NCBI GenBank assembly: GCA_044892525.1 | Contig: CM097887.1 | Span: forward strand, 115,546,397 to 115,610,396 | Origin: Schmidtea polychroa | Taxonomy: Eukaryota | Direction: 5' to 3' | DNA length: 64,000 nt | Shown: piece after piece, positions 22,850 to 35,935 of the stretch | Position numbering within the stretch: position 1 is the first letter of the stretch | Layout of the letters: each line of letters starts with the position of its first letter | The notes under the pieces: generated by a model | The model's database searches: none | What the model was told of the DNA's origin: nothing | What the model saw: only the letters and a program-made list of their open reading frames with translations | Program-made: the position numbers and the translations under genes

Positions 22850-25272
22850 CAAGGGTGGGCACACATGGGTTCAATAAGAGCCATTTTCCGAAAATTTATT
22901 TTTTACAGAGCCACCATAGTAAAGTACATATTTTTTTTATTTCATTAATTTGATTAAAGAGACTTAAACGCTATTAAAAAAACAAAATAATTATTTCAAA
23001 CATTAAGTAACAAACATAAAAATCCATTAATAAAAAGTAATAAAATTTCTTGAATTAACGAAGACTTTTGGTCAAATCTTTGAAATTTGGTGTATACTTT
23101 GTTAAAGCTGTTCGCAGCAATTCTGTAAGATGCTGATTGGTCAACTGTGAACGATATTTCGACTTTACGAACTTCATTGTGGAGTACAAAGATTCACAAC
23201 AATATGTTGTACCAAAAATTGAAATTAGACGGCAAGCAGCTTGTTTTAAGTGTGGATATTTTGCCTCTGGTACGAGTTTCCAAAATTCAACTATAGAAGT
23301 AGATTTATGGTGCATTTGCAAAGCCTGGTCCTCTATCATATCTAATAACTCCAATTCCCCAACCGCTTTTTTAACAAGTATTACTTCAGAAATTGGAAAT
23401 CCATCTTCAATAATATCACAAATAAATGGGTTCACAAAAAATGCAAATGTAGATTTATAACTTTTCAAATCTTCAAACCTACATTTGAAATCCGCTTGCA
23501 ATTCTTCCAATTTTTCACTGTATTCGTTAACTTTTTCTTCTGTAATATCAATTATATTAGCTTTTATTCGTGGAAAATGATTAAATATTTTCGACCTAAG
23601 ATCGTTCACAAAAAGCCGAAGTTTAGCTTCAAAACTAAATAACGTTTGTGACAAATCAATAATTATCTTTTCTTTTCCTTGTAAAGCCAAATTTAATGTT
23701 TGCAAATGTTCCATAATGTCTGTAAGGAACATTAAGTCAGAAAGCCAAGTTTCATTTTCTAATTCTGGGTATGCTATTCCGTTTTCTTTGGTAAATATTA
23801 TGATAGGATTTAGGAGTTCCACAAAACGGTTCAAAACATTGTAAGTTGACAGCCATCTAACAATACACCATAAGGAGACATCATTAGGCAAATCGTCTGT
23901 TTCGTCATTTAATCTTAATTCTTCCAAAAAGTTTTTAAATTGACGATGTGTTTTGGCATTTGTTCTAATTAAATTCACAATCTTCAAAACAATCTTCCAC
24001 ACATTTTCGTATTTAAAGTACTTCGCTATGAGATGCTCGCGATGAATTATGCAGTGAAGAGATAAAAAGTGAGGAATATTAGGATCTCTGTTTAAAATAC
24101 CAATGAGACCTTGATTTTTCCCCATCATTGCAGGCGCTCCGTCTGTCGCAACACTTACAAGTTTGTCACGAGCCAATTCGAACCTGTCCATAACTACATC
24201 AAGCGCAGTTTTGATATCGATACCGCGAGTTGTTTCGAGAAGAGCTACTAGGTCTAACATTTCTTCCTTCACTTTTACGTCAGAAGATACAAAGCGGACA
24301 AAAACGGCTAATTGTGGAACATCCTGAATGTCAGTAGACTCGTCGAGAGCTAAACTGAATGCTGTACAATTTTTTAAATCACACATCAAATTATTTTCAA
24401 CATTTTCGCTAATTTGGCCAATTCGACGCTCAGTTGTACGACGTGAAATAGGAATACGTGAGATCAATTTATGTAGTTTTGAGTTGTCCGGATCCAAAAC
24501 TTTAATCACTTCTTCCAAGTTTCTCTTAATAAATTCACCTTCTCCATATGGACGTTTAGCACGAGCTATATTCCAAGCTATCAAAAAACTAGCTTCGTTG
24601 GCACTGTCATCTTCTCGACTAAAAGTAGATAATAGTCCTTGTTGGGCTTGAAGCCCTGATTGCAATGACTTAAGTTTTTCTGTCCGCAAGTTTGAATTGA
24701 GTGGATATTGAATTGATAAGTGTGGATGACTTACTTCATAGTGTCGACGTAAATTGGTTACTTTGTAGTTGGAAATTGTACCTTTACAAATAAGACACAA
24801 CGATTTACCATTATTGTCAATAAAAAAAAACTTTTCTGTCCATTCTTCTTGAAAAGTTCTATTTTCTTGTCTGTATTTTCGTTTTTTGATGTTTTCTGAT
24901 GTCATTATAATAATAAATTTAAATAACTATATGGCTGAAATTTAAACAAAATAATAAAAAGACATTAATTTAATTTTAATTAGTTTAAAATTTTAAAATG
25001 CTTCATAAAAAAATCTTCTTACCAAATTTTTCAAAAAACACGAATAGAAAACTATACTAAAATATACAAACGACCGCAATCTTGTACAAACAAAATAATA
25101 ACCAATGTTTCGTTAATTTTTGACATTTATGAAAATACAATTGCAACAAAAAATTTTTTCTCAAAACATTTAGTGAAAAATTTCAAAATAAAAAATCGAA
25201 TTCGATTATCAAGAATTCAATTATCAATGAGCCGGAGTTTACTCAACGAAGAGCCGCATTTGCCCACCGTTG
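22850..25272 (-). mobile_element. Full-length Buster/SPIN-clade hAT transposon (2423 bp)
   Basis: TIRs CAAGGGTGGGCACA / CAACGGTGGGCAAA (12/14); perfect 8-bp TSD GTATATAT (22842-49 and 25273-80); single intact ORF. Confidence 0.95.
23055..24905 (-). CDS. hAT transposase, GTF2IRD2/EPM2AIP1/SPIN-like, 616 aa, apparently intact
   Basis: N-terminal LCLIC...LRRHY zinc finger, SLALDESTD (D), VATDGAPAM (D), HCIIH (CxxH), VRWLS, FGTTYCCESLYS (E). Confidence 0.95.
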   Translation of the reverse strand: MTSENIKKRKYRQENRTFQEEWTEKFFFIDNNGKSLCLICKGTISNYKVTNLRRHYEVSHPHLSIQYPLNSNLRTEKLKSLQSGLQAQQGLLSTFSREDDSANEASFLIAWNIARAKRPYGEGEFIKRNLEEVIKVLDPDNSKLHKLISRIPISRRTTERRIGQISENVENNLMCDLKNCTAFSLALDESTDIQDVPQLAVFVRFVSSDVKVKEEMLDLVALLETTRGIDIKTALDVVMDRFELARDKLVSVATDGAPAMMGKNQGLIGILNRDPNIPHFLSLHCIIHREHLIAKYFKYENVWKIVLKIVNLIRTNAKTHRQFKNFLEELRLNDETDDLPNDVSLWCIVRWLSTYNVLNRFVELLNPIIIFTKENGIAYPELENETWLSDLMFLTDIMEHLQTLNLALQGKEKIIIDLSQTLFSFEAKLRLFVNDLRSKIFNHFPRIKANIIDITEEKVNEYSEKLEELQADFKCRFEDLKSYKSTFAFFVNPFICDIIEDGFPISEVILVKKAVGELELLDMIEDQALQMHHKSTSIVEFWKLVPEAKYPHLKQAACRLISIFGTTYCCESLYSTMKFVKSKYRSQLTNQHLTELLRTALTKYTPNFKDLTKSLR

Positions 25273-25411
25273 GTATATATCTTTGGCTACAACGAATTCT
25301 AGTTTTATAATTTCAGAAATTTTATCAACTTTTAAATGTAATAGATTTTTACCGCAAATTTTAATCGGCTATCATTCGCGCATCTTGATTTTAAATTACT
25401 TGCAGTCATAT

Positions 25412-25735
25412 TCAAATTTCCAAGTTTTTTAAAATATTATAATCAATCACACTTATTTTAGCTACCGTATCTAATAGAGATAATAATTTTACAATATTAA
25501 TCATTATGGTAAAACTGGGTCGTTTTTGCATTTTATCGTATGCAATTATATCATTCCGTTTATCACGATTAAAAACATTTATTTCATTAGAAGTTAGAGG
25601 TGGGTCTTTAAAAAGTTCATCCATACAAAATTTATTAATGTATATATTAGTATAATTTCTATAATCAAAAACACAATCACAACAATTATCATTCAAACTA
25701 TCACAATCATTAAAAATCATACAACCCTTACTCAT
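25412..25735 (-). pseudogene. Gypsy aspartic protease remnant
   Basis: LSLLDTVAKISVID, the LDTGA active-site motif with G changed to V. Confidence 0.75.
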
Positions 25736-25796
25736 ATCATTAATTACCTTTAATTTATTGCTCTGATCACCTCCTCGTTTGCTAGAGCATTTCCGA

Positions 25797-26822
25797 TTAG
25801 GTACTCAAAATCAGCTCCTGGATCCTGGTCACCGAATGCGGCCACTGATTTATGGAATTTTCGTCGTCTGTCTGGAAATAACTCATGGCACTGTTTGAAA
25901 TGTCCTGATCTTTTACAATGGGCACATTGGATATTGGAACATTCAGATCTTCTATGACCTTCTTCGTGGCACCCCCAACATCGCGAAATTTGATTTGTTC
26001 GGACATGATCTCATGAATGAAATTCCCTGGTATTATAAGACTTACTTCTATTCATAGGTCTCCATCCATTTGAAATAGTATATCAATGTTCTCTTGTATA
26101 TTCATCTTTCAATCTGTTATTAGTTTATCTTTCTCTAATTGATCAGTTATCATAACCATATCTTAGTGAGCTCTACTTAGCAGCATCAGCATAGCGTTGG
26201 GTTTTATTCACTGAAGCTACATCAGCATGAAATACATTAATTTCTTTTGATAATTGGTCCTGTTTCTTTAATCTTTGTTTCATTCCATCAAATGATTTTA
26301 AATCTTGCATTTTGAGATCTTTTTAACTTCTTTATCTTCAAGCAAATTGAATAGTAAAAATTTCTTTAGTTCTTCATCAAGTTATGCTTCAAAATATTTT
26401 TTTGCAAGTTTCTCAATTTTTGAGCAGAATTCTTCGGCAGCCTCATTTTTTGGCGATAATTTAGCGCTTCGTTGAGATCATCGATAAGACTTCTGTTCTT
26501 AGCAAAAGCGTTTCTTAATCTTTCTGTATAATGCAGTTTCATTTGTCAACTCATATTTCTTCGTTGCATTAATTGATAGAAAAGCTTAGACGAAGTTGCT
26601 TCTGTATTTATCGACAATATTGGTCATCTCGAAGAATCGTTCCGTTTCTAAGATGAAATCTTCCACATCTGAATCTGGTGTTTCTGGTGTTTCTGATGGT
26701 TTGATAACATTTGCAATCGTGGTCGCCATACTAGCCACAGAGCTACGGGTATTAATCCAATCCATAACACAAATTATATTAACACTTTTTTTATTATATA
26801 ACACAAATATTATTAAAAACAA
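25797..26822 (-). pseudogene. gag: Gypsy gag remnant
   Basis: MATTIANVIKP...DSDVEDFILETERFFEMTN, gag N-terminus-like and positioned upstream of the protease. Confidence 0.6.
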
Positions 26823-27757
26823 ATTATAATGTTAATTTGTTTGAGAAGTTTCTAAAAATAATAATTAATGTATAAGTAAGGATTTCAACATACAATCAAA
26901 CATGCACAACATCATACTATTATTTTAATACAAATTACAAGGCCGCCTTTTTCATCTTCAGATAACTAAAAATACCGACACGTTTAATACCGACACGTTT
27001 ATGACTATTATAAAGTGAAGTAAAGTATAACTGCATTTAACTTGGGTTTTTTTCAGAGAATTTGACATTTTGTGCCTATATTGAGAGCATATTACCTAAT
27101 ATTCATATTGATAAGTAATATTTTTTTTATAATTAGTATTGACATTTATAAATACAGACTCCATCACTATGAATTCCGGTAGTGACAAAACTAGACGTCT
27201 CCAAAAAAAGGCAAAGCAATTATGTAATTTCCATAAATACTGGAGGACCACGCACAAATTGAATTAAAGAAGCAACATATCGAAGGAGTTTGGAATTGGA
27301 CACGAAAAGGAGGAAGATGCAAATGTGGAAACTGAATATCTTAAATTTGAAAGTTAGCAGGCTAGTACATTAAAAGCTTGTTCGCGTCTACGAAAGATAC
27401 TATTACTCAATGCAAAATAACGACAGTTGAGCTATCTTGGGTATACCATAATAACGAACACATTTTATCATGCCGTTCTATTGATTCTTCAGGAAAATTA
27501 AGTAAATATACATTTTTTGATTCTGATGATGCAACTAAAATTGTCTGGGAAGAACAGTGGTGGATATTCCATATGTGGAAGGTGTCCACTTATTTTTTTT
27601 ATTTTTATTCATAATAACTTTCAATAATAACTACACGATTTTCACAATATCTATTATTAAAACAAAACTGCAAATAAAACTTAGAGAATTCAATAATGTA
27701 TTTTAATATTCTGAGCGATGGCAACATACTGCAATCATACAAATACTATTTAAGCCA

Positions 27758-28000
27758 CTATTGTATGATGATAAGAATACGCGCAGATGGTTTTGGTCGT
27801 CCAATATGAGGGTTGACAGTGGATTTCCATGAATTACGAAATTGACACATAATATTGTTCACTGTCGACAGAGGCATGTGCAAAGCAGCCAAGGCGTTTC
27901 TTTGTGATCTTTCTGCCTCACATTGTCCAATAATTCTACCTCTTAAACAGTCTGACAGTTCACTGGCTCCTGGAGTGTGTGTAATAATTAGCACAAATGT
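27758..28000 (-). pseudogene. Tc1-like transposase N-terminal HTH fragment
   Basis: SELSDCLRGRIIGQCEAERSQRNALAALHMPLSTVNNI...GRP. Confidence 0.7.
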
Positions 28001-28570
28001 GAAAACACGTGGAAATGAGCTCTGTTTTCTAGCCAATGGGAAGATACTAATACTTTCGCACAGCAACTAACAATAAGGCGATGTAAATTTTGTATTTTAA
28101 TTTTATTGTAGTTTTTGCAATATTACTAATGATTTTAAGTATTTTTTCTATTTTGTTTGTATATTCACTTATAACAATACTCTGTATATAAAAGATAAAT
28201 TCTCACAATTAGCATTGTCAGCTAGTGTTGCCAATCTTTGAAGGTCAACCAGAAAGATATCTATCGGTTCATCTTTTCTGTAAACGCGGTCGAAACATGT
28301 ATTTTTAAAGAATCTGTTAACATCATCGCAATAGGAAATTTGTGCCAAGTTTATACAACATGCGTCTTAACTTTCACACATACGAAGATCATAGTCAAAG
28401 CAATACCAATACAAGTAGAGCGTGTAGTTTAAAGTTTAATGCTAACACATTCGTGCCTATTTTATAATAAGAGGACTTCTCTGAATGCGTTTTGGCAAAA
28501 AACGTGTTATCCAGATATTATGTACACAAAAAACTCCAACTGTATGCATACATAAGTTCCGCGGGTTACC

Positions 28571-28737
28571 CAGGACCGGCCCTAGGCTATTTAATACCCC
28601 AGTCAGAAACTAAATTTGACCCCCTTGTAAATACTTCAATAACTCATTATGATCTCAAAAATATAATATCAATTCAAATAATAGATTTTAGACAATACCC
28701 TTTTTTGCGATTTTGCCTATCACTTGAGCCGGCCCTG
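28571..28737. mobile_element. hAT-family MITE (167 bp)
   Basis: TIR CAGG(A/G)CCGGC; TSD GGGTTACC / GCGTTACC (7/8). Confidence 0.8.
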
Positions 28738-30660
28738 GCGTTACCCCCAGTATAGAAATGTGTTAAGTAGCCATTGTAATTTCTCAGTTCTCATAATTAA
28801 CCACGACAATAATCCTTATACATGGAGTCTGTTCATCGATTTCATGTTCTTTCTGATCTATTACTTGGAATCACGATCAGAAAAAACATAAAGATCAGTC
28901 TTGTGAGAGTCAATTATAAATCTCATCAAAATAGATAAACTATCAGTAATTTTAATCTCAGTCACATGTCTTATATGTAGAATCTATTCATTATATGTTT
29001 ATACGAGATGTTAAAACAAAGATAAAAATCTATAACAAAACTTAATTTTATCCTAATCCATATCAAAAACTAAAAATTTGTAGCATGTTAGTTATTATAT
29101 TTTGTGCGTACATAGACATTGTTAGAACACCCCTCCTCCTCGATGCTTACATAACATATGGATGGTCCCAGATAGATTTTATAAGCACTACTATGAAACT
29201 CACTCCTCGCCACTGGATCATGGAAACATAACAAATATTTGAACGGGCACTTAGATATTTTAATGTTAAAAATCGATTACTTGATTTCTATGAAGATTTA
29301 AATGAAACTGCACAAAACATTGAACAAATTGTTGATATTTTGATCAAATGCAAATTAAATATTTCCCATTAATCTACATATTCAGCTGATAACACAAATG
29401 TGGATTTCGGTAAATTCCGTTCAGTATTTAAACTTCTGGCTAAAGAAAATCAAACCGTATTGAAACATTCCACTGCTTTCAGTGACACTTTAAATTGAAA
29501 AATATTTAATTATCTTCTCAAATCCTTAATATTTTGATGGGTTTCAAATTTATTATCCTTAATACGCTAATTAACTTTCTATTAAAATAGATAAAAATTT
29601 GAAATTAGCTAAACGAGTGAAAAAGGATTCTCAATTTGCATGATATTAATGATAAATAAAATGTTTTAAAAAATTGCATATCTATTGAAATTGATTGATA
29701 TTAAAAATATAATTTTTACTAAAATGATGCAAAGTTTGACTTTTCAATAATAAAATTTGGCAAATATTACAAGTAACTATACTTGAGGACTTTTTAAAAT
29801 TGTTCGGAAATCTATTGTCAATTATTTTGCTTGCTAAATTTTTTTAAATGGTAAATTACTATATTATTATAATAGATGATACTAACAGGATTTTTGTGGG
29901 GATCTCGCTTTAACTGACAAGGATGCCCATGGATTTCCTAAATATTAATAAATTCAGAAATCTTTTATAAAGTTGCTCTATCGTGACAAATTATACTTTA
30001 ATAAATTTTTAAATAGAAATATTCAATATTCTAACCGTCACTTTCCTCACATTCCATTGTTAAACAACAATTAAGATTTTCTTTGCAATAAATTTATAAT
30101 TTCATGTTTACTTTTAATATTTTATGATAATTAAAATAAGAAACAGATGATAATCTAATTATTTGCAGCTTCAACAATTTTATACATATAATTAAAACAA
30201 ATGAACTTGTCTTTTTTAATAAATTTTTCAAGTTCAAATGAAATTAGATTATTTGATGGATATGAAATACGTTTTATTGTATAATTTATTAGTTTAATAA
30301 AAAGCATTTTCTTTTTAAATAATTGACTTAAAATTTATTGTTCACGTTTCATCTATTTTTACTTTTTAAGATCGAATTTATTCAAAATGCAAATACCTTT
30401 TTCAGGTGTGATTTGAAAAAGTTATTTGTAAAAATAAATGTCGAAAGTTTGTGTTACATATTGTAGGTGTCTTTGTCATTCTTCTACAATATGGCTATGT
30501 CAACAGTCGTCCTTGATCTTGAAACGCCAAATTATTTTACATTTTCGATCAATGCAACACTTCTCGCTACCTACCACCTGTTTGAAAATGTTTATAGGGG
30601 TACTCATGGATTTTGAATCGACTCTTTCCTAAACGTCTTCATAATTATTGTACTTTATAC

Positions 30661-30810
30661 CCTCTGTGTGCCCATGGTGATAACCATGTTGGTGCAGTAT
30701 ACAATGGCTGAAAATCGATGAGCGGGTGAGCTCTACTGCTAAAACTACTCCTCATTGTATTTTCATTTTCGGGTTTTGGACTGACGATAGAAGGTCTTAC
30801 GTCATTGTTC
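30661..30810. ncRNA. Conserved structured element, copy C (probable retroelement 3' terminus)
   Basis: TGTGTGC-C-CATGGT-GATA-ACCATG-TTGGTGCA-GTATACA, then GCGGGTGAGCTCTACTGCTAAAACTACTCC and GATAGAAGGTCTTAC, homologous to copies at 45861 and 58281. Confidence 0.7.
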
Positions 30811-30826
30811 ATTATCTTTCCTCTTG

Positions 30827-31140
30827 TTAGATTATTGTCATGTATTCATTTAATTGGGCTCCTCGTTTCTGGAGGTTTTTCAATGTTATCTTCGGAAATT
30901 TTGCGCTTCCCTTAGTTTCTTGTTCATAAATGTCATTTTCCTTCCGATCGTTGGGTTTAGTAGTATATTCTAAAATAACTATTCCTTGAATCCTGGTGTC
31001 AGTGACGAACTCGTCAGAGGCCCTCCGAATTAAATCCAATCAACTGATGTTGAAGACTTATTGACATCCAACACGATACAAATTCTTGAGGTATCTGTAT
31101 GCCGTGAACGTACTCATATCTCGTGATACTGTTAAATAAA
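30827..31140 (-). pseudogene. Decayed ORF end upstream of structured copy C, possibly the C-terminal tail of a non-LTR retrotransposon ORF
   Basis: Stop-interrupted frame AYRYLKNL...LDLIRRASDEF...; resemblance to LINE C-termini is from memory only. Confidence 0.3.
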
Positions 31141-31522
31141 TCCAATCAATGATGATAATTCCGCTGTACCTATTAAAAGTACTCATGCATAAATATTAAG
31201 ACAGGAAACAGACGATAAAAGAACATAAAAAAAACTACATTGAATATAAAGATTTATTGAATTACTTAATCCAAAATTACTTGATCCAAAACAAGCTTAC
31301 TGCAATGGCAGAAACCGAAAACTGAGAGCAGGTTACACGGAAAATTTATGTTCAGACTTTCGTCAAATATAAATGTCTAAGTCAAAACAAGTTCTCGTTG
31401 AAATCACGTTTTTTTTATCAAATCACAAGTTTTTTAACTAAATTTTCAATCAGTATTTATACTGATTTTGATTGCATTTTCTGCTACTAGATCCAATCAG
31501 AATGCAGTGCAGTTGAATTACG

Positions 31523-31550
31523 TTGCACACACATATATGAGTGTGTGCAA
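31523..31550. repeat. Perfect 10-bp hairpin
   Basis: TTGCACACAC-ATATATGA-GTGTGTGCAA. Confidence 0.8.
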
Positions 31551-32289
31551 TATTTTAATTTAATTGATTTAAATAATCAAATTATTTTATTTTTATTCAT
31601 TTTAACAATTTAATTTTATAAATTTTATAATTTAAATAATTTTAACTAATTTTATTTTAATCTTTATTATTTTGTCAATTGTAATGGAAATTTTTAGTTT
31701 CAATTTTTTTAATTTATTTACTTAGAACATTTTCCTATTCCTCTTCTTAACGCATGCACTCATTGCGATAGCTCCTTCGTGTGTAAATTCGAGCCATAAC
31801 AGTACTAATTAATTTGATTATGGTCCTTCGTATGTAAATACGACCAATAATCCTTCTTAAAATTTCTTTTCATATTATTAATTATTTTATTTTCAATTAT
31901 TATTTTATTTATTATCCTTTTATTTTCCCAGTTGACAGATTTTTTCGAATGCGTTATTCTTCTCTTAACTATGTTGGTGATTGCAACTTCTTGCGTTCCT
32001 CGATTTTATTATACGTGTTTTATTTATCCTCAATGTGTTGTGTACTTTATTTTGTATTATTTGGTGTATGATCATAGATTTTAATTCAACTTGGTGCGGT
32101 TTTTATGCTATGTATTTCTGACTCATTAAAACAAACTCCTAATTTTCGGTTCTAGCTCAACAATGTGTTGAGTGATTAAGAACTAATGAAAAGGTGACAT
32201 ATATTAACTTCTCATTAATTCTCCGTTCCGGAATTTTGACTACAGATTGGTGGACTTACCTCTTCATCATATATATTTATTCTTTAGAT

Positions 32290-32703
32290 CAGTGCTTCTC
32301 AAACTTTCTGATGTGGCGTACCGGCAGATGTTTTTTAGATCAGATGGTCGGGACATGGTTCCAAATGACAATCACGTTGATATCCTTGGGAACATGACTG
32401 TTTCACTTCTTGCTGATGACTTACATTCCATGTTACATCTTGCTGCTCCACACGTGTGGATCAGGTTGTCAGATGTGTGACATAGAGTAAAATATCAGTC
32501 AAATCTTTTAATAAAGTGCATACAATAACTGTTTCCAATTAAATTACTACCATGCTGTATTCTTATTAGATAAATAAACAAAAAATATCAGTCATATGAC
32601 CCACCTGTTTCTCATGGCATGTAATTTTACATTTGTTTATTTTCCTTTGAAAATCTCTTCGCGTACCGGCACCGGTACGCGTACCACACTTTGAGTAGCA
32701 CTG
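32290..32703. mobile_element. Charlie/Buster-type hAT MITE (414 bp)
   Basis: TIR CAGTGCT(T/A)CTCAAA; perfect TSD CTTTAGAT. Confidence 0.92.
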
Positions 32704-35700
32704 CTTTAGATAACCAAAACTATCACATATTAATTCGCTTTTATTCTTTTCAGAATTTTTCTATGAATATTACTCATCGCAAGTTCATTTCAAAAATTTA
32801 ATAATTTGCTCTTCATTTAAATTCTATATCAATGCTAATGCAATCACTTCAAGAATTTGAACGTTTTGTCCATATACGATAGTTTGGACAATTCCAAGAG
32901 TCTTTAACACTTGAACGTTTACATTTTATCATCAATTTACTTGTTCAATTCAATACTTGTAAACCTGTCTAGCGAAAATCAACAAAACCTATTCCTAGAG
33001 CTTAAGATTTTATGGTACTCAAAATTTGCTCTACCTTAGATATTATATAAGCATAGTTTTACGCAACAATTTTCATCCTTAAATCGGCAAATAGTTCGAT
33101 AGATGACTAAGCCAATGCTCCGAATTGCTGCAAAATGATCCGGTAATGGGGCCATCCAAATTAACGAAAGCTCATCTAGTAGAGACAAAAAAGACATGTA
33201 AAATTAAATTGGAAATTTATTGTTTTTGCTTTTAAAATTGCTGATGATTTACTTATTCCATCTACCTTATATATTTATTTTCTTTTAAAAGGAAAAATAG
33301 GCTAACTCAAAATGGACACATTCATGAAATGATATTTAAATTCCTATCAAGGTAAACGTGGAAAAACAAAAAATTAAAGAAAACAGACTGATTAAATGTT
33401 TTTAGACCACCAAACATTTATTTACATATTATATTCATATTAGATAAATGCACAAATATTGTTCCACAGATAATGTTAAATTACAAGTAATGCAAACCCA
33501 CGATGTTTAATAAAATTCAATGGCGTAATCTGGATTTTGCCTTGCTTTGCCACCTATAAAATTACTGAAGGCAGTGGATTGCATTATATAGCTACAATTA
33601 TCCTAACTTTGTTGATCGCACCATCCTTCTAGTGTTGAGGGATTTCACCTGCAAATTAATTCTCAAAAATTATAAAAGTTAGTAATCTGGTTTTAAAGAC
33701 AAGTAGTCAACGATGCCGCCAAGGTCTAAAAATATAGTTTGGCTTTTGAGATCAGGGACAACTATATCCTACTTATAGATTTAAATTGTATTGGAAATAG
33801 ATAACCGATATAACTATTTAATGTATTTCTTTGAGAAATGAAAAACTTATATTTTGTCTAAGGTACTAGCTAAATCAACACATTGATCATCATTTGAGTT
33901 ACATTTTACTTACTATGTGCTTGACCAAAAATATGTGTAAGTTACACACATCTCAGTCATGGAGCCTAAGAGTCGGTTTTTGCAACATTTTCACTTAATG
34001 AATTAGAATGTAACGCCTTTTGATTTAACTTATAAAATTTAGCTAATTAGGTAAATATTTTATGAAGCTTGAAACACCATCATCGAATTCATAGAAGTGA
34101 TAATACTGCTTGGTATATTGTAAGGAAAATTCTTTCTGTATACTCTCTCATTTTGGTCTCTTGCCATTCTCCTTTGCTACTAATCATATAATATTTAACT
34201 TACCACTATGAGCCTGTCGTAACAGCGTTATCGATATGCAATAACAGTTTTCTGGGTTCATGGCCTTACCATTGAAGGCACCTCACTCCTATTCAACTTT
34301 ATCACTTACACAGTATCTCGTCGTATCTTATCCATTTGCTCTTCTCTGGGAAGTTTTATGGCTGTCTCAAAAAGATGAAAATTCATTAGAATCATTAAAT
34401 TCATTAAAAAAAATGTAATTTATATGTTTATAAATTACATGATACATAAATACCACTGAACACCGAACGAGCATAAAAATGGTTTACAGTCCAATCTTGT
34501 TACTATGCCACCTCGATACTATGCCACTCTCGCTATTATACCACTCTCTACTCTCGCTACTATGCTTATATTGTGTAACTGTCAAAAGGTACGAGTTTTT
34601 AAAAGCACAATGCTTGATCATCACTCACGTCCCAAAGTTAAAGCGATAAATTAAGTCTAACTGCACACAACAACACTTAATACCTACACACATAGTATGA
34701 CTGTGTCTAGGTCAAAAACGCGATGCTTCTCGCAGATAAACAACTACACCAAGCCAGTCACAATATGTACAGCGAGAAGTCTACAACCGAAGCTAATAAG
34801 CGAATATAAAAGCGCGACCATATATATAAACGATTACACAATAGTGACGTAATAATAACAATAGTAATTTTTTTTCAAATTCAACCTATATTGTCAGCTC
34901 AGAAGCGTAAGCGAAATAACTTTACTCTAAAGCAAAAAAAGTAAATCATCGATACTGCATCACTAGGAAAAGTTTGTACTGTTTTTCCGAAAATCTTTAG
35001 TAGCATTCATAAATGTTCCTAGATATGCCAGGATCATTATTCAAACCATCGTTTATTATCATAATAATTATGTACTCTAAATCATGACTCTGTGGTTAGA
35101 TATCAGTAATTCGTCTAAAGACCTCAGCCGTTCTTGAATTACTATTATTCCCCAAGATTTGCGGGAAGAAATCTAAAAAGTCACGGCTTCGAAAACAGTT
35201 ACAAATGGCCAACGAAATGAAAACTCCATTGTTCTGTGTCACCACGACCTCTTTCCATTGCAACGGGAGCGCTATTAATGATTGCGTTGTTACAAAGCCA
35301 TCTGGTTCAGAGCCGACGTCATTCAGTGGTGGATGAGAAATAATACCATAAAATATGATTATCAAAGCTTTCAAATCTGTAAGCCATCATTTCAAGTTTG
35401 GAAATAAAAAAATCAGATCCAGAACTATTGAATATGGAATACCCCTGATTTTACTGTTACAAGTTTACTTTTTTTTGCTGATGTGTTGTCATGATTAATA
35501 ATTACTCTTACCTCGTTCAACTTTAAAACTATCCAGTACAAAATAATGTTTACCTGTTTTTATTGTATTTTTTAGCTTTTTGAAGATAATCGAAGAATAA
35601 TTAACCTTACACATATAACCTTTCTTTACTTTTCCAACAGACTTTTGCCTTTTGGTAATTTATGAGAACTTCCACCAGCTTCTACCCACTGATTTTCACT

Positions 35701-35935
35701 CGATTTGTATTAAAATAATCCATATAATTAAAGACCTTTTGTCCTTGATAGTACTCGTAAATCTTTTATTTGAAGTCAATTACTAGTTTGCCGTTCAAAA
35801 AATTAATGGTATTTCCTTGGAAAAATTATTTTTTTGTGGCAATTAAGTCAAAAACGGAAAAACCCACACAAATTTACTAATCCAGAAAATTCCACAGTTG
35901 AGGAAATAGTCAATGGCGACAAAAAAGATCTAGAC

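Larger units (their letters stand above)
20365..26822 (-). mobile_element. Decayed Ty3/Gypsy LTR retrotransposon (gag-PR-RT-RNaseH-IN), interrupted by a hAT; LTRs not identified
   Basis: Colinear domain order on the minus strand: gag, protease, [hAT insertion], RT, RNase H, zinc-binding domain, integrase core. Confidence 0.9.
27170..29480 (+). pseudogene. Fragmented hAT transposase (third family), interrupted by younger insertions
   Basis: ELSWVYHNNEHILSCRSIDSSGKL..FFDSDDATK (~27420-27545) and LRYFNVKNRLLDFYEDLNETA...YSADNTNVDFGKFRSVF (~29250-29440). Confidence 0.6.

Noticed and set aside
23137-24651. Plus-strand ORFs 23137-23460 and 24328-24651
   Set aside because: Antisense shadows of the intact transposase.
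26945-27000. Minus-strand hammerhead-like halves: AAACGTGTCGGTATT x2 followed by CTGAAGATG
   Set aside because: The halves do not assemble into valid stems I and II and the GAAA core is broken; at most a fossil.
35096-35374. Possible APE endonuclease fragment of a LINE
   Set aside because: Only a vague IIIM..DGLN similarity; catalytic motifs absent.
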